A stretch of 64,000 bases of DNA, taken from the IMG/VR virus record IMGVR_UViG_3300032308_002078, positions 80,073 to 144,072 of that record. The stretch is one strand, 5' to 3'. The translations under genes were made by a program, and so were the position numbers. Shown here piece by piece: positions 37,975 to 46,546 of this stretch. Below the pieces are notes generated by a model. It searched no databases. It worked only from the letters and a program-made list of their open reading frames with translations, and had not been told where the DNA came from. Each line of letters begins with the position of its first letter. Position 1 is the first letter of the stretch. The DNA comes from a virus (Duplodnaviria; Heunggongvirae; Uroviricota; Caudoviricetes).

Positions 37975-38305
37975 TTCAGTAATCGTTCCTGTTAAAGCAT
38001 TGAGAAATGCTCTGTTGGTTAAAGCTGATAGAGATAACCTTAAATTAGAATTAAGTCTTACTCGTGATTCTATCAAACATATGGATACTATTATCTTAAG
38101 ACAAGATAGTATTATTAATGTTTGTGATTCTACTCGTGTAGAATTAGATAAAAAAGTTGAAGACTATAAAGGAGTTGTTAAAGCTAAAGACGGTATTATT
38201 GAAGAAAAAGATAAAAAAATTACCGACTTAGAAAGTAAAATAAGAGGCGCTTATGTCTCTGTTATATTTAGTACTATTGCTTTAATTTTAGCTTTAGCAC
38301 TATAA
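37898..38305 (+). CDS. Signal-peptide coiled-coil protein with C-terminal TM, spanin-partner-like (start moved from 37865)
   Basis: MIKNVIAFMICLMMMSSASSQ signal and C-terminal hydrophobic tail. Overlaps the previous gene by 77 nt in another frame. Confidence 0.45.
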   Translation: MIKNVIAFMICLMMMSSASSQKLLNDSVIVPVKALRNALLVKADRDNLKLELSLTRDSIKHMDTIILRQDSIINVCDSTRVELDKKVEDYKGVVKAKDGIIEEKDKKITDLESKIRGAYVSVIFSTIALILALAL

Positions 38306-38315
38306 ACTTAGTTAT

Positions 38316-39881
38316 ATGAGCCAAGATTTAAAACAAATAATTAGAGAAGAATACTTAAAGTGTGCCCAAGATCCAGCTCACTTTATGAAAAAATATTGCA
38401 ATATTCAGCACCCACAAAGAGGTCGAGTAATATTTAATCTATATCCTTTCCAGGATAAAGTATTAAACCTTTGGAAAGATCATCCTTATTCAGTTGTATT
38501 AAAATCAAGACAGTTAGGTATATCAACATTAGCTGCGGGTTATTCTTTATGGTTAATGTTATTCCATAAGGATAAAAACGTACTTTGTATTGCAACTAAA
38601 CAAGAAACCGCCCGTAACATGGTTACAAAGGTTAAGTTTATGTTTGATAATTTACCTTCATGGTTAAAAATAACAGCCGAAGAAAATAATAAATTATCAC
38701 TACGATTAAGTAACGGTTCTCAAATCAAAGCCACTTCAGCATCAAGTGATGCCGGTCGATCAGAAGCCGTATCTTTGCTAATTGTCGATGAGGCAGCGTT
38801 TATTGAACAAATTGGTGAGATTTGGGCTTCTGCTCAACAAACATTAGCAACTGGTGGTGGTGCAATTGTATTGTCTACTCCTTATGGTACTGGTAACTGG
38901 TTTCATAAAACATGGGTATCAGCTGAAAATGCTGAAAATGATTTTTTACCAATTAAATTACCTTGGTATGTTCACCCTGAACGAGATGAAAATTGGAGAA
39001 AACGCCAAGATGAATTATTAGGTGATCCTAGATTAGCAGCCCAAGAATGTGATTGTGATTTTAGTACTTCAGGGGATGTTGTATTTTATCCTGAGTGGGT
39101 TGAATTTATAAAAGAAACAACTATTAAAGATCCTGTAGAACGTAGAGGAGCAGACCAAAATTTATGGGTTTGGGAACCAGCTGATTATACAAGAGAATAT
39201 ATGATATTAGCTGACGTAGCTAGAGGTGATGGTAAAGACTCTTCTGCTTGTCATGTTATTGATATTGCTACTAACACACAAGTAGCAGAATATAGAGGAC
39301 AACTACCTCCTAAAGAATATGGATATTTCTTAGTAGGTTTAGGTTCAGAATATAATAATGCAATGTTAGTAGTTGAAAATGCTTCAATTGGTTGGGCAAC
39401 ATTAGATGCTATTATTGAAAGAGGATATCGTAATTTATATCACTCACCTAAATCAGATCAATTAACAGCTGAATCATACTTAAGAGTTTTTGATGGTGGT
39501 TCAGATATGACACCAGGATTTACAATGTCTTTAAGAACACGACCTTTAGTTGTAAATAAATTTAGAGAGTATGTAGGTGATCGTTCTGTAACAATTCGTT
39601 CAAAACGTTTGTTAGAAGAAATGAAAGTGTTTGTTTGGAAAAATGGTAGACCTGAAGCTCAAACAGGTTATAATGATGACTTAGTAATGTCATTTGGTAT
39701 TGGAATGTATTTAAGAGATACTTCTTTAAAATTCCAACAACAATCTCATGACTTAACTCGCGCTACACTAGGCAATATGAGTAAAAGCACATATATTGGT
39801 GCTTATAATTCAAACAAAGTAAAAAATCCATACTTATTAGAGACAGATAAAGGGATGGAGGATATTAGTTGGATTTTGTAA
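38316..39881 (+). CDS. terL: Terminase large subunit (T4 gp17-like)
   Basis: KSRQLGIST (Walker A), LIVDEAAF (Walker B), LSTPYG, ILADVARG and DDLVMS nuclease motifs. Confidence 0.92.
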   Translation: MSQDLKQIIREEYLKCAQDPAHFMKKYCNIQHPQRGRVIFNLYPFQDKVLNLWKDHPYSVVLKSRQLGISTLAAGYSLWLMLFHKDKNVLCIATKQETARNMVTKVKFMFDNLPSWLKITAEENNKLSLRLSNGSQIKATSASSDAGRSEAVSLLIVDEAAFIEQIGEIWASAQQTLATGGGAIVLSTPYGTGNWFHKTWVSAENAENDFLPIKLPWYVHPERDENWRKRQDELLGDPRLAAQECDCDFSTSGDVVFYPEWVEFIKETTIKDPVERRGADQNLWVWEPADYTREYMILADVARGDGKDSSACHVIDIATNTQVAEYRGQLPPKEYGYFLVGLGSEYNNAMLVVENASIGWATLDAIIERGYRNLYHSPKSDQLTAESYLRVFDGGSDMTPGFTMSLRTRPLVVNKFREYVGDRSVTIRSKRLLEEMKVFVWKNGRPEAQTGYNDDLVMSFGIGMYLRDTSLKFQQQSHDLTRATLGNMSKSTYIGAYNSNKVKNPYLLETDKGMEDISWIL

Positions 39882-39882
39882 A

Positions 39883-39890
39883 TATTTATA
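39883..39890 (+). promoter_or_regulatory. Putative late promoter box TATTTATA
   Basis: Intergenic, before the portal gene. Confidence 0.55.
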
Positions 39891-39911
39891 GTATATAATA
39901 AAAAATAAAAA

Positions 39912-41810
39912 ATGGCAGATAAAAGTTTATTCACTCGATTACAACGACTGTTTTCAACAGATGTAATCATTCGTAATCAGGGTGGCAATGAATTAAAAGT
40001 AATGGATGTTGACTCAATTCAACAATCCGGAGATATAGCGACTAACTCTTTAGTAGATAGATACAATCGCTTATATTCACCATCAACTACTTCATTACTT
40101 GGTTCACAATTAAATGTTAACTGGCAGTATCTTAGAACCATGGTCTATTCAGACTATGATAATATGGATTATGATGCTATTGTAGCTTCTGCTTTGGATA
40201 TTATTGCTGATGAAAGTACATTAAAAAATGATTTAAGTGAAGTATTACATATTAAATCAAGTGACGAAGATATTCAACAAATTCTTTATAACTTGTTTTA
40301 TGATGTTTTAAATATTGAATTTAATTTATGGTCTTGGATTCGTCAGATGTGTAAATATGGTGACTTTTTCCTTAAGTTAGAAATTGCTGAAAAATATGGT
40401 GTGTATAATGTTATTCCTTATACTGCTTACCATATTGAAAGACAAGAAAATTATGATAAAGAACATCCAAATGCTGTAAGGTTTAAATATTCACCTGAAG
40501 GTATTTACGCTGGTGGATCTGGTTATTATGGTACCCCAAATCTAGGAACATTTGATAATAATCCAGGTATCTATTTTGATAATTATGAAATGGCTCACTT
40601 TAGGTTGTTAACAGATGTTAACTATTTACCTTATGGTCGTTCATATTTGGAACCAGCTCGTCGTATATTTAAACAATATGTGTTGATGGAAGATGCTATG
40701 TTAATTCATAGAATTTCTCGCAGTCCAGATCGTCGTATATTCTATATTAATGTTGGTTCTATTCCTCCAAATGAAGTAGAAAATTTCATGCAGAAAACAA
40801 TTTCTACAATGAAACGTACTCCATTAATGGATAGTCAAACTGGTGAGTATAACTTAAAGTATAATATGCAAAACTTATTGGAAGACTTTTATATTCCAAT
40901 TCGTGGAAATGATACAACAACTAAAATTGATACTACTCCTGGTTTACAATATGATGGTATTCAAGATGTTACTTACTTAAGAGATAAATTATTTGCTGCC
41001 CTTAAAGTGCCTAAAGCATTTATGGGTTATGAAAAAGATTTAACAGGTAAAGCAACATTAGCCGCTGAAGATATTAGATTTGCTCGTACAATTGATCGTA
41101 TTCAGCGTATTACCTTATCAGAATTGTATAAAATTGCTTTAGTACATTTATATTCTCAAGGTTACACAGGTGAACAGTTAACAAATTTTGAATTAAATTT
41201 AACTACACCATCAATTATCTATGATCAAGAAAAAATAGCATTATTAACTCAAAAGGTAGAATTAGCTAAAAGCATCATGGAGGCTAAATTGTTACCTACA
41301 GATTGGATTTATGATAATATATTCCACTTTAGTGAGGATGAATATGATGAGTATAGAGATTTGTTAGTTGAAGATCAAAAACGTACCTTCCGCTATAATC
41401 AAATTATGGAAGAAGGAAACGATCCTAAAATGACAGGTAAATCATACGGTACACCACATGATTTAGCTTCATTATATGGTAAAGGTAGAATGTATACTGA
41501 ACCAGATAATGTACCTGTAGGATATGGTAGTGATTTAGATTTAGGTCGTCCAGTAGAAAATCCAACTAATAGAAACAAACAAAGTAGTCCTTTTGGTAAA
41601 GATAGATTAGGTACACATGGTATGAAACATGACGATAATGAATCTGATTCTATTCACCCTAACTATAAAGGAGGTTCTCCATTAGCTTTAGAGGCGAAAC
41701 AAATTTATCTTAAAAATAAAACTTTAATTGAAAGTTTAGGTAAAAAAGTAACACCTGAAAGAAGCAATGCTGAAGAAACATTGTTGGATGAAAGTAAGTT
41801 AAAGGAATAA
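39912..41810 (+). CDS. gp20: Portal protein (T4 gp20-like)
   Basis: MEDAMLIHRISRSPDRRIFYINVGSIPP, LEDFYIPIRG..TT.I.T.PG and LKVPKAF motifs. Confidence 0.92.
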   Translation: MADKSLFTRLQRLFSTDVIIRNQGGNELKVMDVDSIQQSGDIATNSLVDRYNRLYSPSTTSLLGSQLNVNWQYLRTMVYSDYDNMDYDAIVASALDIIADESTLKNDLSEVLHIKSSDEDIQQILYNLFYDVLNIEFNLWSWIRQMCKYGDFFLKLEIAEKYGVYNVIPYTAYHIERQENYDKEHPNAVRFKYSPEGIYAGGSGYYGTPNLGTFDNNPGIYFDNYEMAHFRLLTDVNYLPYGRSYLEPARRIFKQYVLMEDAMLIHRISRSPDRRIFYINVGSIPPNEVENFMQKTISTMKRTPLMDSQTGEYNLKYNMQNLLEDFYIPIRGNDTTTKIDTTPGLQYDGIQDVTYLRDKLFAALKVPKAFMGYEKDLTGKATLAAEDIRFARTIDRIQRITLSELYKIALVHLYSQGYTGEQLTNFELNLTTPSIIYDQEKIALLTQKVELAKSIMEAKLLPTDWIYDNIFHFSEDEYDEYRDLLVEDQKRTFRYNQIMEEGNDPKMTGKSYGTPHDLASLYGKGRMYTEPDNVPVGYGSDLDLGRPVENPTNRNKQSSPFGKDRLGTHGMKHDDNESDSIHPNYKGGSPLALEAKQIYLKNKTLIESLGKKVTPERSNAEETLLDESKLKE

Positions 41811-41845
41811 GAATCTTTATATATTTATAACAAAACCTTTTGGGG

Positions 41846-42703
41846 ATGAACATTAAACATTCTAAGTATAAAAATACAGGAATCTTGTTTGAATTGTTGG
41901 TAAGACAAATCACATCAGATACACTTTCGGGTAAAGATTCGAAAGCAACTAACATATTAAAAAAATATTTTGTTAAAACTGAGTTAGGAAGAGAGTATAA
42001 ATTATACGAAACAATTACTAAGCATAAAAATTTAACAGAAGGTAAAGCTGAAATTGTAATTAACTCTGTTATTGAATCTTCTAAAAATTTAAATAGAGGA
42101 GCTTTAAAAAGACAAAAATATAATTTAATTCAAGAAATTTCTAAGTATTATAACCTAGAAGAATTCTTTAAAACTAAATTACCTAATTATAAGTCTTACG
42201 CCGCGTTATATACGTTAGTAGAAATATATAATAGCGAAATGTTGTCTAATCCTGACCAAATCATTACTAATAAGATTGCTATTTTAGAAGGATTAACAAC
42301 TAAAGAAGTTAATAAAAAGAAAGTTGAAGATGATTTAATGGTTGAGTTCCAATCTTATGATAAAGATTTACGTATCTTAACTTATAAAGTAATGTTGGAA
42401 AAATTTAATGGTAAATATGCTACATTAAATGATAACCAAAAACTAGTATTAAAAGAATTTATCAATTCAGTTGATTCAACCCCAAAATTAAGAGACTTTT
42501 ATAATACTAAAATTACAGAAATTAAAAATGAATTAACTAGAATAAGTAAAAAAGTTAATGATAAAGTTGTAAAAATTAAATTAAATGAAGTAGCTAAAAT
42601 TTTATCACCATTAGGTAAAACAGCTAATGTGGGTAATGATGATTTAGTTAATTTGTTACAATATTATGAACTTTTAGAAGAACTTATTAAAACAAATGGG
42701 TAA
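41846..42703 (+). CDS. Conserved head-module hypothetical protein (ATG at 41846)
   Basis: MNIKHSKYKNTGILFELLVRQ; preceded by TATTTATA at 41822. Confidence 0.6.
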   Translation: MNIKHSKYKNTGILFELLVRQITSDTLSGKDSKATNILKKYFVKTELGREYKLYETITKHKNLTEGKAEIVINSVIESSKNLNRGALKRQKYNLIQEISKYYNLEEFFKTKLPNYKSYAALYTLVEIYNSEMLSNPDQIITNKIAILEGLTTKEVNKKKVEDDLMVEFQSYDKDLRILTYKVMLEKFNGKYATLNDNQKLVLKEFINSVDSTPKLRDFYNTKITEIKNELTRISKKVNDKVVKIKLNEVAKILSPLGKTANVGNDDLVNLLQYYELLEELIKTNG

Positions 42704-43265
42704 TTTTAAATATAAAATAAAACCAGTATCAGAAGAATCAAATATAGCTTCTAACTCTTTCTTCACATCAGGAGGAGAAGGAGAAAATCATACAGGCCCA
42801 TCACCAAGAAAATCAACATACGGTGCTTATAAACAAGCAGGATATAAAAAAGTAACAGAAGGTCCTGGAGCAACTATGGGTCCTGGTCCTGCTGCTAGTG
42901 AGACAGGAGTTAAAAATAACACTTATGTTAAAGATTTTAAATATAAGTTAGTTAACCAAAAAGCACTAAATAAAAAAGCAAAAGGTATTATTGTTAAACC
43001 ACTTTGGGAAGCAGATACTAATGTTGAAGAATATTTACAAGATATAAACATCACAAATCCCGATAATAAAAAATGGATTGCATCTCGTTTAATGGGGTTT
43101 GATGAATTAGAAAGAAAATTAAACGAATTATTACCTTTATTACAACAAGCAAAACATGAAACTATGGATTATTATAGACAAAATCCAGATTCATTTAGTG
43201 TTGTATATGGTACTGATTTAGCAAATGATTACTTAAACGATTTAATAGAACTATTTAAAAAATAA
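42696..43265 (+). CDS. Hypothetical head-module protein
   Basis: 189 aa, with VSEE, VTEG and LWEA sites. Confidence 0.55.
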   Translation: MGNFKYKIKPVSEESNIASNSFFTSGGEGENHTGPSPRKSTYGAYKQAGYKKVTEGPGATMGPGPAASETGVKNNTYVKDFKYKLVNQKALNKKAKGIIVKPLWEADTNVEEYLQDINITNPDNKKWIASRLMGFDELERKLNELLPLLQQAKHETMDYYRQNPDSFSVVYGTDLANDYLNDLIELFKK

Positions 43266-43270
43266 AAAAC

Positions 43271-43501
43271 ATGGCAAATATACCAGTTAACGCAACAGGC
43301 ATAGTATCAACAACATCAGTAACAGGGAGTTTTGCTGGCTTTACTGTTGTATCAGGATCAGCTACTTTTACAGGGTTAAAAGATATTAACAACGGTAGTT
43401 TAACAGCAGCTGCTAACTGGGTAATACCAGCAGGTGTTACTATTCCTTATTATATCACTAGTGCTTCCTTATCTTCAGGAGCTGTTTTGTTCTATACTTA
43501 A
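43271..43501 (+). CDS. Small beta-rich protein, possible capsid decoration
   Basis: 76 aa, almost no charged residues, with TGS/SGS/SAS motifs. Confidence 0.45.
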   Translation: MANIPVNATGIVSTTSVTGSFAGFTVVSGSATFTGLKDINNGSLTAAANWVIPAGVTIPYYITSASLSSGAVLFYT

Positions 43502-43514
43502 TATTTATAACAAA

Positions 43515-44444
43515 ATGAAAACCTTACAACAAGAATATCAATTAATAAAAGAAGGTAAAGGTAACAAAGACCACTTCTTAAAAGTAGCAAGAAATATGTT
43601 TCCTGAATATGTAGCTCATGGTAATGATTTCAATTCAGCTGTATCTATTTTAAAAAGTAAAAGTCTTTTAACTGAAGCAGCAGGTGGTGTTGTTACTATG
43701 AATAACTCACAACCTAATTGGTTTAGTATTTTTAACACTAATTTAAAAGAAGCCATTGGTGTTAAAGACAAAAAAGAATATGGTGACCAAAACGAGTTTG
43801 AAAAACCAGCTCCAGAAGTAGCTAAAGATTTAGCTAATCAGTTTGATAATAATGATCCTAAAAACATTGATAACCTTTATGGTCAGTCATTTTTGTTAGG
43901 TTATTTAACTGAAATGTGGGATGAGAAAAATGCTGATAAAACAGTAGGTGAGTTAAAAGATATTGTAGCTAAAAACATGGCTAAAGATATTAACTACTAC
44001 CACACAAATGCTTCATTTGGTGTTAAAGGAATCGGATACACTAAAGATGTAGTTGGAGGTGGAGAACCAGTAGAACCTAAAGGCAAATATAAGTCTTCAG
44101 GATATGGTGACATGCCTAAAACAGTTAAAGAAGGTTTAAACGAAGCAAAACGCCCTAATATTAATTCTCAAATTAAAGAATTAGAAAAATCATCCCAAGC
44201 AATTGCTTTAGAAGCAAAATTAGCTGCTATTGATGAGGCAATTGAAAAACGTAAATCTAAATTAGCATTAGCAGAATCAGAAGATTTAGCTGAAATGATT
44301 GATCAGTCTATGGTTAAAGTTCTTAACAAAGAAATTAAAGAACTTGAAAAACATAAAGCTAAAAACCAAAAAATCTATGAAAAGATGACAGGTAAAGCTA
44401 AAGAAGAAGTTATTGATGAAGATGACGATATGATGGCTTATTAA
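43515..44444 (+). CDS. Putative prohead core/internal protein (start moved from 43434)
   Basis: MKTLQQEYQLIKE follows TATTTATA at 43502 and resembles the T4 capsid-targeting sequence MKTYQEFIAE. Confidence 0.6.
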   Translation: MKTLQQEYQLIKEGKGNKDHFLKVARNMFPEYVAHGNDFNSAVSILKSKSLLTEAAGGVVTMNNSQPNWFSIFNTNLKEAIGVKDKKEYGDQNEFEKPAPEVAKDLANQFDNNDPKNIDNLYGQSFLLGYLTEMWDEKNADKTVGELKDIVAKNMAKDINYYHTNASFGVKGIGYTKDVVGGGEPVEPKGKYKSSGYGDMPKTVKEGLNEAKRPNINSQIKELEKSSQAIALEAKLAAIDEAIEKRKSKLALAESEDLAEMIDQSMVKVLNKEIKELEKHKAKNQKIYEKMTGKAKEEVIDEDDDMMAY

Positions 44445-44445
44445 T

Positions 44446-45054
44446 ATGAAACAAGTACTAATTGAAACTATACCATTTAATGTTACCCCCATACAGCTTA
44501 CTGAAGGTTTAAAAGCACCTTCTGGTAATCCTATGGTTCAAGGTATTTTAGCTACTGCTGAAGTAAAAAATGGTAACGGTAGATATTACCCTAGAGAAAT
44601 CTGGGAAAAAGAAATTGAAAGTTATAATAAAGTTGTAGCTGAAAACAGAGCAACAGGTGAGTTAGATCACCCCGACTCAACTATTATTTCTCTTAAAAAC
44701 GTATCTCATATTATTAGAGAAGTTTGGTGGGATGGAGATAAAGTAATGGGTAAAATAGAAATTTTACCTACAGTTTCAGGTAATATTTTAAAAGCACTTA
44801 TTGAAAATAATGTAACAGTAGGTGTATCATCTCGCGGTATGGGTTCATTAAAAGAAATTAATGAAGGTACTTTAGAAGTGCAAGATGACTTTGAATTATT
44901 ATGTTGGGATTTTGTATCAACACCATCAAATCCAGGCTCATATATGCAGTTAGTTAGAGAAGGTAAAGAAAATTTACCCGAAAATAAATTCGCTAAAGTT
45001 AATTCTTTATTAACAGAAATTTTATGTGCTAATGGCACATGCCCTATATTCTAA
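44446..45054 (+). CDS. gp21: Prohead maturation protease (T4 gp21-like)
   Basis: NGNGRYYP, GELDHP, GVSSRGMGS and WDFVSTPS motifs. Confidence 0.92.
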   Translation: MKQVLIETIPFNVTPIQLTEGLKAPSGNPMVQGILATAEVKNGNGRYYPREIWEKEIESYNKVVAENRATGELDHPDSTIISLKNVSHIIREVWWDGDKVMGKIEILPTVSGNILKALIENNVTVGVSSRGMGSLKEINEGTLEVQDDFELLCWDFVSTPSNPGSYMQLVREGKENLPENKFAKVNSLLTEILCANGTCPIF

Positions 45055-45082
45055 CCCTTCTTAGGATAGTATCCTTTGATTG

Positions 45083-45113
45083 ACCCTCCCTTAAAAAAGG
45101 AGGGTTTCTTTTT
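45083..45113 (+). terminator. Rho-independent terminator
   Basis: ACCCTCC-CTTAAAAAA-GGAGGGT followed by TTCTTTTT. Confidence 0.75.
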
Positions 45114-45262
45114 GCATTTTTGAAAAATACCGATATACGTATACCCGACAATATACGATTTTCTATATCGTATTATCAAGAAAATATTCTATTACACTTC
45201 GACATTCGTCAACAATAAGTGTATTTCCAACAAAAAATTATTTGAGGACAAAAAACAAAATT

Positions 45263-46504
45263 ATGGCAAACAGAGATTTGTTAAAAGAAGCCATTGCTGA
45301 TGCTAAAGCGGTTAAAGAAACTGCCATCGCCAATGCAAAAGCAGCTCTTGAAGAAGCCTTTACTCCTTTGATGCAAGAAAAATTCGCTAAAAAAATCGCC
45401 CAATTGGACGAAGAAGAATTAGAAGAAGCATACGAAGTAGAAGAAGGTGAAAAAGAAGAGATGCAAGAGATGTACGATGTAGAAGAAGCGAAAGCTGAAT
45501 CTACTGATTCTATGGAAGAAGGAGAATTAGAAGAACTTAATTTGGAAGAGCTCCTTCGTGAATTAGATGATTTGGAAGAAGATCAAACAATCAACGGAAC
45601 TGATTCAGAAACAGGAAACGAAGACCATGGTAACATTGTTAGCGTTAATGAAGCTGAAGAGGAAGAAGAAGAGGAAGAAATCGACATTGAAAACATGGAC
45701 GAAGACGATCTTAAATCATTCATCGAATCTGTAATCGCTGATATGGTGGCTGCCGGAGAATTAGAAGGCAACATCGAAGGTGGTGAAGAAGAAGAGGAAG
45801 AAAGTGAAGAAGAAGTTGAAATCAACGAACGTAAAAAGTACGGTGGTAACAAAGGTGATGTTCCTGCTTCAAAGCGTGGTGATAAAAAAGACACTGCTGA
45901 AGAAGAAGGCGTTGAAGACTACAAGAAAAAGAAAATGAAAGAAAACTACGGTGGAGAAGATCAATTAAATGAAGCTAGTGATGCTGATGCTCTTGCCCAG
46001 TTGTTAAATGTTTCTATACCTGTAGCTAACGCTATTATGGTCGCCGCTGGCGCCGCTGGAGCTGGTTTGATTGGTAAGTTAGGTCAAATGGTAGGTAGAA
46101 ATGCTGAAAAATCTAGCATGGCTGAAACTAATGAAATGGAAGAAATGAAGTCTGAGTTAGCTGAAGCTTACAAAACCATCCAAACTATCCAAACTGAATT
46201 ACAAGAAGTTAATTTATTCAACGCAAAATTACTTTACACTAACAAAATCTTCAAATCTAAAAATTTGACTGAAAGTCAAAAAGTAAAAGTATTAGCTGCT
46301 TTTGATAAAGCTGCTAGTGTTAAAGAAGCTAAATTAGTATTTGAAACTTTATCTGAAGGTATGAAAGAAAAGAAATCACCTGTTAACGAATCAATGTTAA
46401 GAGGATCTGCTTCTAAGCCTGCTGGTGTATCTGCTAAAAAGCCAATTCTTGAAGTAAACGACCAATTTGCTAGATGGCAAACATTGGCGGGAATTAAAAA
46501 GTAA
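45263..46504 (+). CDS. Prohead scaffold/core protein (gp22-like; ATG at 45263)
   Basis: Very acidic, many LxE sites, coiled coil; directly upstream of the major capsid gene. Confidence 0.75.
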   Translation: MANRDLLKEAIADAKAVKETAIANAKAALEEAFTPLMQEKFAKKIAQLDEEELEEAYEVEEGEKEEMQEMYDVEEAKAESTDSMEEGELEELNLEELLRELDDLEEDQTINGTDSETGNEDHGNIVSVNEAEEEEEEEEIDIENMDEDDLKSFIESVIADMVAAGELEGNIEGGEEEEEESEEEVEINERKKYGGNKGDVPASKRGDKKDTAEEEGVEDYKKKKMKENYGGEDQLNEASDADALAQLLNVSIPVANAIMVAAGAAGAGLIGKLGQMVGRNAEKSSMAETNEMEEMKSELAEAYKTIQTIQTELQEVNLFNAKLLYTNKIFKSKNLTESQKVKVLAAFDKAASVKEAKLVFETLSEGMKEKKSPVNESMLRGSASKPAGVSAKKPILEVNDQFARWQTLAGIKK

Positions 46505-46546
46505 ACAAAAAACAAAACAAAACAAAAAACAAAAACAAAAACTAAA

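Noticed and set aside
33013-45262. ORF-track start positions 33013, 33441, 33832, 37606, 37865, 41840, 43434 and 45242
   Set aside because: Downstream ATGs (33070, 33456, 33865, 37633, 37898, 41846, 43515, 45263) fit gene coupling, promoter position or leader motifs better.
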